NCBI RefSeq assembly: GCF_963921235.1
Contig: NC_086109.1
Location: forward strand, 13,890,001 to 13,954,000
From: Mobula hypostoma
Taxonomy: Eukaryota
Direction: 5' to 3'
DNA: 64,000 nt
Shown: in pieces, positions 24,301 through 38,145 of the stretch
Numbering within the stretch: the stretch's first letter is position 1
Layout: every line of letters starts with the position of its first letter
Notes under the pieces: generated by a model
What the model was told of the DNA's origin: nothing
The model's input: only the letters and a program-made list of their open reading frames with translations
Databases searched by the model: none
Made by a program: the position numbers and the translations under genes

Positions 24301-26274
24301 TTTGTCATTATGTGGCAATAATACATTGCAATACATAAAAACTGTAAATTACAGTAAAAATATATATATTAAAAAGTTAAATAGTGCACTTAGTGTTCAC
24401 ATGGGCACAGTTGTGGGTGTAGAGTAGAGCGGTGGGCTAAGCACACATCCTTGAGGTGCGTCAGTTCTGGTGGGAGTGGAGTGGAGTGATAACTTTGCCA
24501 CTTGAGTTCAGACCAGAGTGTCTTTTTTGGCCTGCTGTGATTTTAAGCATTGAAAATTTGCTGACTTTCTCGACAGGAAGGGGTAAAATATTTGGGGTTC
24601 TGTTTTCATCAGAGAAGGGGGGGCATTTTGGATTTATTCATTGGGGGGGGGGGTCTCTGCAGGCTGCAGCCAGCAGTTAATTACATTGTGAGCTGATGGG
24701 CCTGTCCTTGTGCTCTCCTGTTCCAATTGCCCTTGAGAAAGAAGGTGATGGTGAGCTGTGGCCCTCGCAGGTTTGGGTAGACCCATAATTCTGTTATGAT
24801 CTGACAAGGCTTCTTCAAACACATGAAAGGTGCAAATGTCTTTTCTGTAATATTAATAATCGTGGTTAAGATCAATGAAAGAATCAGAGTGAGATGACAG
24901 AGTGGAAAGGTGAACAAATTCAGCCTTGATATTCCTCAGCAGCAGAGCAATCTGAGGGTTATTCAGCAAACGCTTGCTGCCAATTGCAGCTCAAGTCAGT
25001 GTGATGCTCGAAATTGGTCTACTTTTGTCTAGATTTGTTTCAAATTATCCTTTTCAATTAGACAACTGAAACAATTTTGAAGCAAAATGAATTTATATTT
25101 CTGCAACAAAAACAAGGGCTCGTGAATGTTTCTTGAACCTTTGAAGGAAATGGCATGCGGTTCTGCGTTTACCTTAAATACAAACTCATAGACTAGCATG
25201 CGTCCATTTGCAGATCCAGTACGTCCATTTGGTTTCTGTCCATGGCTTCTAAAGAATGTAACGGCCGTTACAAATGAAGACTGACTTAAGCTGCATCCTT
25301 ATCACATTTCTACAATTCGACTGGTTAAAATTTCCCATGTGGAAGTGAGGCTGTATTACGAATCTTTTCAGCAACTAAAATTACTTGTCACTTTGTTTTT
25401 TTTTAAAGCCCCCTTTTATGACTCCCACAAATGCCTGCCTGTCTGTAAGTGATGTCTTTGTGCTGTTGGCTGACTTGTCCTTGAGCTGAGTTTCCAACAA
25501 ACCTTCAGAAACTAAGGGCTGGTACAGCAGTGCGTAGGAGTTTGAGGAAGAAGACTTTATAAGTAGGAATATTTTAAAAGTGTTTGTGCGTCTTCCTTCT
25601 GAAGTTAAGCTTGTACATTGGAGGCACCCAGAACATACAATGTAAGGCTCACTTTATTTTTGCCAAGTAAAACAATTGTGGACTTTGAATAAGAAGAGTC
25701 CAAAATCATCTGTGCTGTTTAAATATGTGTTATTTACATGGCATGTGATACTGCCTGATATTGACAATGTTCATTTCCCGTCAGTTATTTATTGACTGTT
25801 AAGTATTATTTTTTTAAATTTAAGTGATGGGTGAAAACGGTACAAGTTGCACTATGGAAACCCAGCTGTTCTATATGATTGCTGTATAAAGTGCCTTTGT
25901 TTTGCAGTTGGAAAGCAAATTATAAGATACAACTTTAGATCTGTGAGATTGCTGTCTGAATGACGAGCTTTGATTGGATTTGTGGTCCGTCCAGTTTCCC
26001 TTGGTAATGGCAAGCTAATGTTTTGTTCCCCACACTAAGGGTGGCTTCTCCTGTGCAGGCTTGTTGCCACCATTTTAACTGCTGATTGTGGTGAGATGCG
26101 CCATTTTGTTTTGATCGTGTCTGTGCGCATTTTGTGTAGTGGGTTGGAAGTGACACAGATCTGTCACGTTTGTGCACAGGCACAGAGTTTAAAACTATGC
26201 AGTCAGTTCTTGGGGGTACGAGAGGTGCTAATATTTAGTGGAGACAACAGACAGTAGGAGGCCAGCGTGCACAT

Positions 26275-26530
26275 CAGGCGTCACGTTAGCATGACGCTCT
26301 TACAGCTGGGGCGTTTTGGAATTCGATTCCGGCGCTATTTTGTAAGGAGTCTCTTTACGTCTGTAGGTTTTCCTAGTGCTCTGATTTCCTCCCACAGTCC
26401 ATAATAGGTTAATTGGTCAATGTAAAGTGTCTCGTGATTAGGTTAGGGTTTCTCAGGGTTGTCGGGATGCTGGACAGGCATGGCTCGAAGGGCTGGAAGA
26501 ACGTACTCCACGCAGTATTGCTAAACAAGT
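26275..26530 (+). mobile_element. V-domain (HE1-like) tRNA SINE
   Basis: ttcgattcc B box and tttcctcccacagtcca core. Confidence 0.7.
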
Positions 26531-26544
26531 ATCATTTATCCCTT

Positions 26545-27015
26545 GTGACAAGATGAGGCCACCCTCGGGATGGGGGAGCAACACCTTGTATTCTGTCAGG
26601 GTAGCTTCCAACCTGATGGCATGAATATCGATTTACTTTTTCCGGTTTAAAAAAAATTCCCTCCCCCTCCCCTCTTCCTCTATCCCCCACTCTGGCCTTT
26701 TACCTCTTCTCACCTGCCGTTCACCTCCCCTGGGACCCTTTCTCCTATGATCCACTCTCCTCTCCTATCAGATTCCTTCTTCTCCAGCCCTTTTACCTTT
26801 CCCACCCACCTTCCAGGGGGCTCCACCACCACCTTGTTATTCTAGCATCTTTCCCCCTTCCTTTCCAGCCTGAAGAAGGTTCTTGGCCTGAATCGTTGAC
26901 TGTTTATTCATTTCCATAGACGCCGCCTGACCTGCTGAGTTCCTCCAGCATTTTGTGCATTTGCGTGCATGCGTGTGTGTTGCTCTGGATTTCCGGCACC
27001 TGCAGAGAACCTCGT
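26545..27015 (+). mobile_element. Penelope-like element 3' fragment
   Basis: EQHLVF..GS.QPDGMNIDF ORF-end remnant, pyrimidine-rich UTR and terminal motif. Confidence 0.75.
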
Positions 27016-27261
27016 GTTTATCATTTCGCCCTTGATGTTCATCTGTACCAGGGACATTTAGTCGTACCTTGGTTTGTTGCAGGGAAGTGTTTAGAACTTC
27101 ATTCTTGGATTTGTTTTTTATTGTCACATGCACTGAGATGCAATGAAAAATTTTGTTTTTCATGTCGTATATGAGGTGGTACAAGGGAAAACCAGAACAG
27201 AATACAGGATGGTGTCACGGCTACAGAGAAAGAGTAGGCAGGCGATGAGGAGCAAGACTCA

Positions 27262-28010
27262 AACGGGAGAAAGTCTGCAGATGCTGGAAATCCAAGCAAC
27301 ACACACAAAATGCTGGAGGAACTCAGCAGGCCAGGCAGCGTCCATGGGAAAAAGTACAGTCGACGTTTCGGGCCGAGATCCTTCGGCAGGACTGGAGGAA
27401 AAAAAAAGGAGTAGATTTGAAAAGGTGGGAGAGTGGAGAGAGAAACACAAGGCGGTAGGTGAAACCGGGAGGGGCAGGGATGAACTAAAGAGATTGGAAG
27501 TTCATTGGTGAAAGAGGTACAGGGCTGTAGAAGGGAGAGTCTAATAGGTGAGGATAGAAGGCCACGGAAGAAAGAAAAGGGGGGAGGAGCACCAGAGGGA
27601 GGTGTTGGGCAGGCAAGGAGATAAGGGGAGAAAGGGAAAAAGGGATGGGAATGATGGGCACTACTGGAAGTTCGAGAAATCGATGTTCATGCCATCAGGT
27701 TGGAGGCTACCTAGACGGAATACAAGGTGTTGTTCTTCCAATAACAGCAGAGGAGGCCATGGATTAACATATTGGAATGGGAAGTGGAATTAAAATGGGT
27801 GGCCACTGGGAGATCCTGCTTCTTCTGGCGGACAGAGAATAGGTGCTCACCGAAGCGGCCTCCCAATCTACATCGGGCCTCATCGATATACAGGAGGCTA
27901 CACCGGAAGGACCGAACACAGTAAATGACCCCCAACAGGCTCACAGGTGAGGTTGTGAGGGAGGAAGTGTAGGGGCAGATGAAGCACTTGTTCATTTTAC
28001 AAGGATAAGC
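27262..28010 (-). mobile_element. Penelope-like element with GIY-YIG endonuclease remnant
   Basis: ORF 27711-27995: GVIYCVRSFRCSLLYIDE..RLGGRFGEH..PVATHFNS, followed by the 3' terminal repeat. Confidence 0.85.
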
Positions 28011-28769
28011 TGATAGGATTAACTGAATTATTTCTTTTTACCCTCCCTGTTCCTTGCCACACACACCACCAGTGTTTACAGGCTTGGGGTTAGACTGCCT
28101 GTATCCATGAGGTGGCTGATTGCTACCGTCTGACGGCAGATAATGAGTTGTTTTAATTCTTGAGTTTCTTGTTTGTCAAAATGGAAATGACAAAGCTTCA
28201 GGCCCAGCATGGCAGTGAACAGCTTTGATTAAATCCTGGTCCGTTGTTCAAACACTAAGTCCGATTTATTTATTGCATAAGATGATGCCTTGATGCGGAC
28301 TTCTGCCTCGTTCTCTCCCCTGACTTGTCCGTTTGCTTGCTTTTCACCACACCATGGTGGCAGGCAGAGTGTGTATGAAAAACAATGTCACCTCTGGTCT
28401 GCTGTCTCTCCTGGGCAACTTCATAATTGAATTGAATTGACTTTATTTCTAACATCCTTCACACATACGAGGAGTAAAAATCTTAATGTTACGTCTCCAT
28501 CAAAATGTGCCATGTGCAATCATTGTAATTTATAATAATTTATAATAAGTAGAACAGTCAATGTAATATAGAGTACACTCAAATCAGCGTGAGTTCATCA
28601 GTCTGATGGCCTGGTGGAAGAAGCTGTCCCGGAGCTTGTTGGTCCTGGCTTTTTATGCTGTGGTATCCAGCTGAGTGGGAGTTTGAGAGAAATCAAAGCA
28701 ACAGCAAAGAGAACTTCAGACATTCCTGAGGAATGTACTAAATCTATTCGGTTTATCAACTGTGTCAGA

Positions 28770-29030
28770 TAGGGTGGCATGGTAGTGTAGTGGTTAGCAC
28801 GATGCTTTACAGTATAGGAGTCCTGGTCCAATTCCTGCCACTGCCTACAAAGAGTCTGTATGTTCTCCCTGTGACCAGGTGCTCCCACAGTCCAAAGACG
28901 TACCGGTTGGTAGATTAATTAGTCATTGTAAACTGTCCTGTGATTAGGCTATGAATAAATCAGGCATTGCTAGGCAGCGTGCCTCAAAGGGCCAGAAGGA
29001 CTTGTCCCGTGCTGTATCGCAATAAAAGAA
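28770..29030 (+). mobile_element. V-domain (HE1-like) tRNA SINE
   Basis: A box tagtgtagtggttagca, ctcccacagtccaaagac core and CR1-like tail. Confidence 0.75.
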
Positions 29031-29559
29031 ATTATTTTTAACAAAATTGAGTTAGCAATTCTGAACATTTCTAATTTTTAATATTTCCAAACATGAGGTA
29101 AATAAGAGAACCCTACAGGCTTGTTTAACTAATCTTTAAATGAATTAATTGAATACAATATCGTGGTGATTGTGCCAATTACTGTAGGGAAGAAAGTTAT
29201 CACTTTCTCATTTGTTTGGTATTGTTTATTAGAATTGCAGCATGCATTGTTTTGTTACCAGAAGTCCTTGACACAGAACCTATTATTTCCTCATTGGGTT
29301 CCAGCTGGGTGCCAGAATAGTTAGGTGAGAGACTGGAGCCGTAGGTATTGCTTTATTGTTGTCACATGCACGGAGATAAACTGAAAGGCTTCAGTCTTGC
29401 GTGCCATCCAGACAGATCGTGCCAAACATGATTACATCAAGGTAGTAAAAAGAAATAAAGTACAGCTTGGGTTGAAAAGTAAAGTGCAAGGGTTATGACA
29501 AGGTAGATTGGGAGATCAAAAGTTCATCTTCAGTGTATTTGTTACTCACAGAGTGAAAA

Positions 29560-29795
29560 CAGAGTGAAATGTGGAACAGGCCTCTAGCCTTTGAACTGCA
29601 TTGCCCGGCAACACACCTATTTAACCCGAGCCTAATCACAGGACAATTTACAATGACCAATTAACCTATCAACTGGCATGTCTCTGGACTGTGGGAAGAA
29701 ACCCATGCGGTCCCAGGGAGAACAAACAGCAGAGAGATTTGAACCTGGGTTGCTGGTACTGTAATGTCTTGTGCTGACCAATATGCTACTGTGCG
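29560..29795 (-). mobile_element. V-domain (HE1-like) tRNA SINE
   Basis: ggacaatttacaatgaccaattaacc...ggactgtggga. Confidence 0.7.
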
Positions 29796-30894
29796 TGATT
29801 TTTCAATGCCACCAATGGAACAGCACAGGCACAACGGGCCGAAAATGCTCATGATTCTTGTACTGATGATTTTTCATTTTCTAAATTTTCCTCTACTTGT
29901 CCCTGGAGTGACTGCCATGGTCTGAACAATCTGTTGAATGACCCCAGTGGCTTTGTTTGGCCAATCTGGCATAAATCTTCACTAATATCTGGGTGTGTGG
30001 ATCCTGCGGCTTGTTATCTACCTTCACTATCAACCTTACAATGTTCACCTCTCATCTTCGTGTTCCCCTCAGTTCTGTGCACATGTGACCACTCTGTCAG
30101 TGACCTTTCTTTGAGCCAGTGCTGACCATGAGAGACCAAGAACCCTGGCTGGGTTGTAACAGTGCATTTAATGACAAGAACTTTTGAAAACCAAGGTGCC
30201 GGCTTCCCTTTATTCTTGGAATCTGCTTTAGTATTCAGACCAACTGTCTTTTCAGACTAAAGAAAGGCTTATTCTTTGCTGCAGTTTCAGGCTTTGAGCC
30301 TCTGTCCACAGTGTGACAGCATCCCTGGGCCTTACCACCACCAGGAAGAAATCCCAGCATTCGCGCAACCGGTACACCATTCTGACGACAGAACACAGGA
30401 TAGTACAGCAAGAATGCAACAGATTCTGCAGATGTTGGAAATCTGGAGTAACACACAAAACATGGAGGAACTAGGCAGGTCCGGCAGAATATACAGAGGG
30501 GAATAAACAGTCAATGTTTCAGGCTGAAATCCTTCACCAGACCCTCTTGATGAAGGGTCTTTGCTTGAAAACAGTCATGGTTACTCCCCTTGTGATGGTA
30601 TTGGGTTTACTGACTGTGAATTCCTAAACTCAAGTGAAGACCTTGAGCCTTATCCAATTATACATATTGACTGGCTCCCGTTTATGACAAGAAGCTAAAT
30701 AAAGAATATTGGTCGGAAGTTTAACTTACTCAAAAACAATACTTTAATCTCTAGAAGTGTCAGTTACTGTGTTTAGAAAGCTGAGCTTGACAAAAAAGAG
30801 AAAAAAAGAAACCTCCTGGGCAGTGAATATCCATCATGCTCTCCATAGATGCTGCCTGCCCTTCTGAATTCCTCCAGTATTTTGTATGTTGCTT

Positions 30895-31625
30895 TAGAAC
30901 ATTACAGCTCAAGAACAGGTCCTTTAGCCCATGATATTGTGCTGACTTCATTAAGCTAATAACTCATTTCATTAGTCTGTTCTTGCTGCACGTGGCCCAC
31001 ATCCCTATATTCTCTGTACATTCATGCACTTGTCTAGGAGCCTCTTAATGCCTCTTATCTATCTCCACCACCACTCCTGGCAGTGCATTTCAGACACTCA
31101 CCATTCTTTTTAATAATAAAAAAATGCCCAGCTCTTCTCCTTTTGCATCTACCCTTTCTTAACTTAAATGTGTGCCCTCCAATAATAGACATATCAGCCG
31201 TGGGAAAAGATACTGGCTGTCTACTGTATCAAAGTCTATCATAATTTTATGAACTTCTATCGGGTCTCCAAAGAAAATAACACAAGTTTGTCCCAGCTCT
31301 CCTTGTAACATCTGCCCTCTAATCCAGGCAGCATCCTGGTAAACAGCTTCTGCACCCTCTCCAAAGCCTCACATCTATCCTATAAAGAGGTGACCAGGAT
31401 TGAATGTACTACCCCAGATGAAGCCTAAGCAGAGTTTTATAACACTGCAACATAACTTGCTGACTCTGAATTCAATACCTCATCTCATAAAGACAAGGAC
31501 GCCACGAGCTTTCTCTATCACCCTTTCGACTTGTGTGGCCAGTTTTAGGGAGGTATGGACTTTGATGCCAAGATCCCTCTGCACACCACCAATGTTATGG
31601 GTCCTGCTATTAACTGTGTACTGGC
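30895..31625 (-). mobile_element. Degenerate CR1 3' fragment
   Basis: aatccaggcagcatcctggtaa (RMLPGL antisense) and neighbouring CR1 motifs. Confidence 0.75.
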
Positions 31626-33289
31626 CCTTCACATTTAGATCTTGATTTCATGTAATTGATTTGATATTGCATACTATCTGAGATGGACAATGAAACACCC
31701 CGGTTTCCTTGGCTGCATAAGTCTAGGGAAGACAACCTGCGGCCCTATGAAACTCGTGAGATTGGGGCACGCTCAATCCCACCCCAAACCACAGTTTATG
31801 TGGATGTTGTGTCATTTCCTACACTGTTATAAACTAATACCACAAAATAACAGACAAATAAAAGAATTATGAATCTTAACTACTGGTGTGGGACCGTACT
31901 TTGATAGTAAATTGAATTTGAGCTTTGAACTCTATCTCTCCCAACCCCACCATTTCCTTAAAGCCTCATAATGGTCACTTTAAGGTGGCCGTTAACCATA
32001 GTTTTTATTTCCATTAAGAGTATCCACAAGTTGCCTCGAGACTATGAAGCAAAAGGGAAAGACTTGTAGGGCATTTCAAGAGCAGATGATTTGGGTGCCA
32101 TCGCCTGTGTGCTTCACCATGCACTTTCAAAGACCCTGATAAGAATACTGTCCTCTTTGAATTGTGGGTTTCAAAGTAAAAGGGTGAAAACTCATAGAGA
32201 GAATGTAGACCAGCCATTTTAGTAATAAATGGCTTGACAGTTGACTGGCTTATTCTTACTCCTAATTTTAAGTCAGCAGCACTTATTGGGTGAGTCCCTT
32301 GATGATGTAACTTCCCAATCTAACAACCATCCTGTAAACAAAGGGTGTTCTTGACGTGTGTGGACTTCCTGTAGCCTATTCATGGTGATCTGTCTTGCCA
32401 GTGACACAGTTGTCTGTAGAGCCTGTGAAATGAATGGTGTTTAGTCGTAGAAGGCTCTACAGCTCAACACATCAGTGCTGACTTCTCTGCCCTTCCACAG
32501 AAATACTATCTATCCACATTAGGATCATTATGTCTGTCTAAATGTAACTTAAACATTTGATTGTATCTAATTCCATCACCAAATCTGTCAGCACGATACT
32601 AGTATCAACCGCTTTCTGTGTGATTTAACAAGACTCTTCTCAGATCCCCTTTTGAAAGAAAAATGGAGGCTATGTGGGAGGGAAAAGTTAGATTGCTGTT
32701 GGAGTAGGTTAAAAGTCAGCACAATATTATGGGCTGAGGGGTCTGCGCTCTGCTATGTTGTAAGACTCCTTCCTCTCACTCTTAACCTATGTTGTCTTTT
32801 TCATGGTAACCCCACCATAGAGGGCATTGAAATAATTTCTATCTACTACTCTGTCTATGCTTCTTAAAACTTTATGCTTCATTTGTATCTGCCTTCCCCC
32901 TGTAATAACAGCTCAAAAATCTATGATGATAAGTTTAAGAGGAGTGCTAAGAATGAAGCCACCTCAGTGTTGGGCAAATAATGATTCTGGCCAAACTACT
33001 AAGGCAAGTGTCTCTACACTTCCAGTGCCAGCACAGCATACACACAATTTACTAATCCTAACCTGTACATCTTTGCAATGTGGGAAGAAATGGGGTCACC
33101 TGGAGGAAATCCACGCAATTCACTGGGAGAATGTACAAACAGAGGCAGGAATTGAACCTCAATGGCTGATTGCTGGTGTTATGCTAATGGCTATACTACG
33201 ATACTGGCCCTCTATTGTCACTGACATATGTCATGAAATTTGTTATTTTGTGGCAGCAATATAATACTACATATATTTTTTTTGAATTA

Positions 33290-34850
33290 TGGGACTATAA
33301 GATATGGGAGCAGAATTGGACTATTTGGCCCACCGAGTCTGCTCTGGCATTCCATCATGGCTGGCGCATGGTAACGTAGCATTTAGTGCAACGCTATTAC
33401 GGCTTCCATAGTTCCGAGTTCAATTCTGGTGCCATACTTGTACATCCTCCCCATAGAATGTGTGGGTTTCCCCCAGGTGCTCTGGTTTCCTCCCACAGTC
33501 CAAAGGCGAACCGGGTTGGATAATTGGCCATTGTGAATTGTCCTGTGGTTAGGTTAGGATTAATCAGAGTTGCGGGGTTGCTGGGGCGGCGCGGTTGGAA
33601 GGGTCAGAAGAGCCTATTCCGTGCTGTATCACTAAATAAAATAAGTTTACCAACCCTCTCAAGCCTACTCTCCTGCCTTCTCTTCCCTAATTTTTGACAC
33701 CACTACTAATCAAGAACCCATCAATCTCTGCTTTTTATATCCCCAATGACTTGGCCTTCAAAACCCTCTGTAGCAATGAATTCCACAGATTCGCCACCCA
33801 CTTGCTGAAGAAATTCCTCTTTATCTCTGTTTAAATGTATTTTCAGTCTTTCCTATTTTCACCCACTACGGGAAACATTCTTTCCACATCCACTCTTTCT
33901 AGGCATTTCAATATTTGATAGATTTCATTAAGATCCCTTCTTATTCTTCGAAACTCCAGTGCATATAGGCCCAGAGCTATCAAATGTTGCTTGGGCTTTT
34001 CATTCCCAGAATCATTATTGTGAACCTCCTCTGGTCCCTCTCTGAAGCCATCCTTTCTTAGATAAGAGGCCCAAAACTGCTCATAATACTCCCAAGTGCA
34101 ATATAACCAATGCCTTATAAAGCTTCAGCATCACATCCATGCTTTTATATTTTAGTCCTCTCAAAATGAACACTAATATTGCATTTGCCTTCCTTACCAC
34201 CGACTCAAATGACAAGTTAAACTTTAGGGAATCCTGCACAAGTTCCTTTGCACCTCTGATTTCTGAATTTCCTACCCATTTAGGAAATAGTCTCTGTCTT
34301 TATTCCTTCTACCGAAGTTCATGACCGTGCTCTTCCCTACACTATGTTCCGTCTGCCACTTCTTTCCCCATTCTCCTAATCTGCAGTCCTTTTGTCCTTT
34401 TGCAGACTCTCTGCTTCCTCAATCAACCTGTCTCTCTTCTCCCCCCCCCCAACCTATCTTCGTATCATCTGCAAACATGGCTACAAAGTCATCAATTCCA
34501 TCATCCAAACCATTGACATGCAACAGGAAAAGTATTGGTCCCAATACTGACTCCTGTGGAACACCACTAGTCACTGGCAGCCAACCTGAAAAGGCCTACG
34601 TGTTCCAACTCTTGGCCTCCTACCAATCAGCTAATCTTCTATCCATGCTAGTATCTTTCCTGTAATACCATGGGTTCTTATCTTCTTTAGCAGCCTCATG
34701 TATGGCACTTTGTCAACAGCCTTCTAAAAATCCAAGTAAACAATATCCACTGACTCTCCTTTGTCTATTCTGTCTGTTATATCCTTGAAGAATTCCAACA
34801 GATTTGTCGGGCAAGATTTTCCCTTGAGAAAACCATGCTGACTTTGACCT
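33290..34850 (-). mobile_element. CR1 fragment with a nested + strand V-SINE (about 33363-33645)
   Basis: Antisense GVPQ, FADD and QHGF remnants, colinear with 15083-16340; SINE core tggtttcctcccacagtccaaag. Confidence 0.85.
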
Positions 34851-35581
34851 ATAGTTTACATTAAGAAATATAAAACTAAATAATGTAAAAAGAGAGCAAT
34901 ACAGTGACTGGTGTTCATGAACCATTCTGGCATCTGATGTCAGAAGGGAAGAAGCTGTTCCTAAAATATTGAGGATGCATCTCGGGCTTTTGAGATTGCT
35001 TGAGATGTTGACACCCAGCATCTTGAAGCTGCTTACCCCTTTAACTGCTGACCCCTCTGTGCGCTGTTGTGTGTTCTCTTGACTTCCCCTTCATGAAGGG
35101 CACAATCAATTCCTTGGTTTTTATGTATGAATCAAGAGAATGCGGACATGATTGGTGGAGAATTCATTCAGCAGGGTCAAGATTATTTGGTGTGTGACTG
35201 TCTTGACTTTGTATACTGTGGATTATTCATCTACTCACCTAGAAACTAAGTATCATGGAACAGAACTGATCTTAGTGATGGTCAGCTGAAGGCACAGTAT
35301 TACCGTGATGAACTACATGGCATGTCCTTTTAGATATTGGAAGCTCACCATCTCTAAAATAACCAGTCACCTCTCTGCTATTACTCATCCCCCTATTTTT
35401 TTAAGAAATTAAAAATGCTGTTCCAGCAGGTAAACATATCTACAATAGAAGTTTGTTTACACTGGAAGTTGATAGAGGTTGATTGTAAATGTTTGTTTTA
35501 ATTATATTTGGAAATGTAAACATGTAAAGCTAGTTATGTTGAAGATCTCACGTACACCATCTAAACTCTTTGTGGGTTCAT

Positions 35582-35905
35582 AAACGCGAGATTCTACAGA
35601 TGCTGGAAATCTTGCACAACGCACTCAAAGTGCTGAAGAAACTCGCTAGTTCAGGCAGCATCAATAGAGGGGAATTAACAGTCGATGTTTTGGGCTGAGA
35701 CCCTCTATCAAGGAAGGGGGAAGAAGCCGGAATAAGACCCATCACTTTTCAGCTTGAACTTCTAGGCTCTGCCCAACTTCTTATTCTGGCTTCTTCTCCC
35801 TTCCTTTCCAGTCTTGAAGAGGGATCTTGGCCCAAAATGTTGACTGTCTATTCCTCTCCATAGATGCTGCCTGATCTGCTGAGTTCCTCCAGCATTTTTT
35901 GTGTA
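35582..35905. mobile_element. Penelope-derived inverted terminal pair
   Basis: Two opposed terminal repeats (caggcagcatc... and ...gatgctgcctga). Confidence 0.7.
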
Positions 35906-36769
35906 TCCCTACTAAGTTTTTCCGACATTCTTGTTTACTTAGGAATCATGACAAAACAGTCTTCAGCATTTCACAATTTACTTTTTTTGTCCTTTGTCCC
36001 AATTCATCTTCTAGTTGCAGCTCTAGAGAAGTCATCTATAGTTGTCAGACCTTCATAGCCTACCTCTACCAGCAGCAGCGCCAACTTCCTAGGTCTCCAG
36101 CCCATCGGCCATCACTGTCGAGAATGGTGCTGCATCCTCTTGATACAGTATGTTGAGGGAGGATGCTGTTGTCAGGTCAGCAGAAAAAGTCATTGGCTGC
36201 TGTTTACCATCACTGCAGACTTCTTTGTGGGCATGAAAAATCATTACAGTCACTACCCACCCTGCAAGCTGTCTTTTCCAAAAGCTCCCTTCTGGAAAGC
36301 GCCATCTGATTATTAAAATAAAAACTTCATGCCATGTTAAACAATTCTTCCCCTAGGCAGTTAGTCTGATCACCAATTCTAGTTAGCCCCCCCCCCCAAA
36401 TTTCCCCTTTATCTATTACCCCAGTCTCTGCACTGCACTGTAAATACTTTAAACTTTTTTAAAATGTTGTTTTCATTGTAAGTACATGCTATTATGTCTT
36501 TATGCACATTTTATTCTATATTCATACTTTACATCTAACTTTATTTTTACATAATTCTTTACTCCTTACGATTGTTGAATATTGTTGTATTTTTTTGCAT
36601 GTCATGCCATGACCAACACACCACAGCAAATTCTTAATACATGTAAATACATATGGCAAATAAAATTGACTCTTGATCACAGACAGCCTCTGTTTCCACC
36701 TCCCCTCTTTATTGTGACCTTAATAACTTGTTTTCTAACTTCACTTAGTAGTGCGATCACTTTGCGTCA

Positions 36770-37140
36770 AGCATGACCTCCTTCCAAGGGGTTATTCCAT
36801 TAATGGAGAATGCCTGTGTTTGACTTTGTGTAACATGGGGAGGCTAGTGCATAGACAGCCACCACGTGGTCCGTGACAGATCGGGGTCAGGGTCCAGTGG
36901 GATAGAATGCAAGATGACTGGGGACCCTTCACTGCTGCAGCCTTCCTCCGTCTTCACTGCCGTTGAGGTGTGTCATCGTCTTCCATCAGCTCCACTGTTG
37001 AGGTTTTGGTTGGATCGCTCTTTGCCTGAGCTCCCCCTTGATTTTACCACAGTAGGTGACCCTGCCAAGAGTTAAGCACCAAATGGCATGGCTCTCCGGA
37101 ATTCTCAAGCCTCCCCACTATGACAAGGTGACAGTCCTTG
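36770..37140 (-). mobile_element. RTE-derived non-autonomous retroelement
   Basis: Motifs ccagtgg...aagatgactggggacc and aagcctccccactatgacaaggtgac resemble RTE 5' regions (recalled similarity, not a search result). Confidence 0.45.
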
Positions 37141-38145
37141 GTAACTTTTCTCACCTCCTAAGTCATTGTGAACCTTGAACTCTCTTACTGGGTCTCTGTG
37201 TGTTTCTTGCTCAGTCTTTGTTTCGGATTTGCAGCATCATTCCCAAATGCTGAGACATTTTCTCTGGCAAGCTGAATAATACTTTGCCCGTTACAAGTTC
37301 AGTGCTAATACCTGTTGTACTTCGTAGGGCTGAGCATCTTTCCTGTGGTCATATCCTTTCCTAATACTGAGTTGTAGTTTTGCATCTGACCTCCCCAGGC
37401 ATTTCCTGCTTCTACTTGTCTGAAAGGCTTGTTTGAGTGTTTGTCTCTCTCTATCATGCCAAGACAAAGGCAGCACAAAAGATTCTAGTGGGAAATGTCT
37501 TGTCTTTGTCTTTTCCTACTCCACCAAGCTAAGAGTTTAAGCAGAATGTGTTGACCCCATATTCCCCAATACTGTTAGGTCTCGTGTAATGTTTTGATCC
37601 ACAGCTCAACCTCCCAACTAGTGCACCACGTTGCTCCTCGTGTTTCTGACCCATCTGCAGAGTACACAATGCGCCATCACATCTCCTGTTCATGGGGGAT
37701 ATCTCATCCCATTTCTGAGCAACTGAAATGGTACTTACACCCATTGCTACTTCATTCAGAGGGTGGTGATTCAGAAATTCAGAAGTTTCCAATACATTTA
37801 TTATCGAAGTATGTATGCAGTATACAACCCTGAGATTCATCTTCCCGCAGGCAACACAAAACATAAAAACCACATGGAACCCGTTCAGCGAAAAACATTT
37901 AACACCCAACATGCAAAAAATCAAAGAACAGATCACCCAAATGGCAAAAACTGAGTGAATAACACAGAACATTAACATCAAACCACAGAGTCCTTGAAAC
38001 CGTCTAGGCTTGTTCAGTGTAGTTCAGTCAATTCAGCGCTGTCTTGTTCTTGACTACAAGGTGGCAGACCCAGTCAGTGCCCCGTAGTGCCCCATCCAAA
38101 ATAGCAATTTTTTTTAAATGGTGTAACCAGAAACACATATAACAT

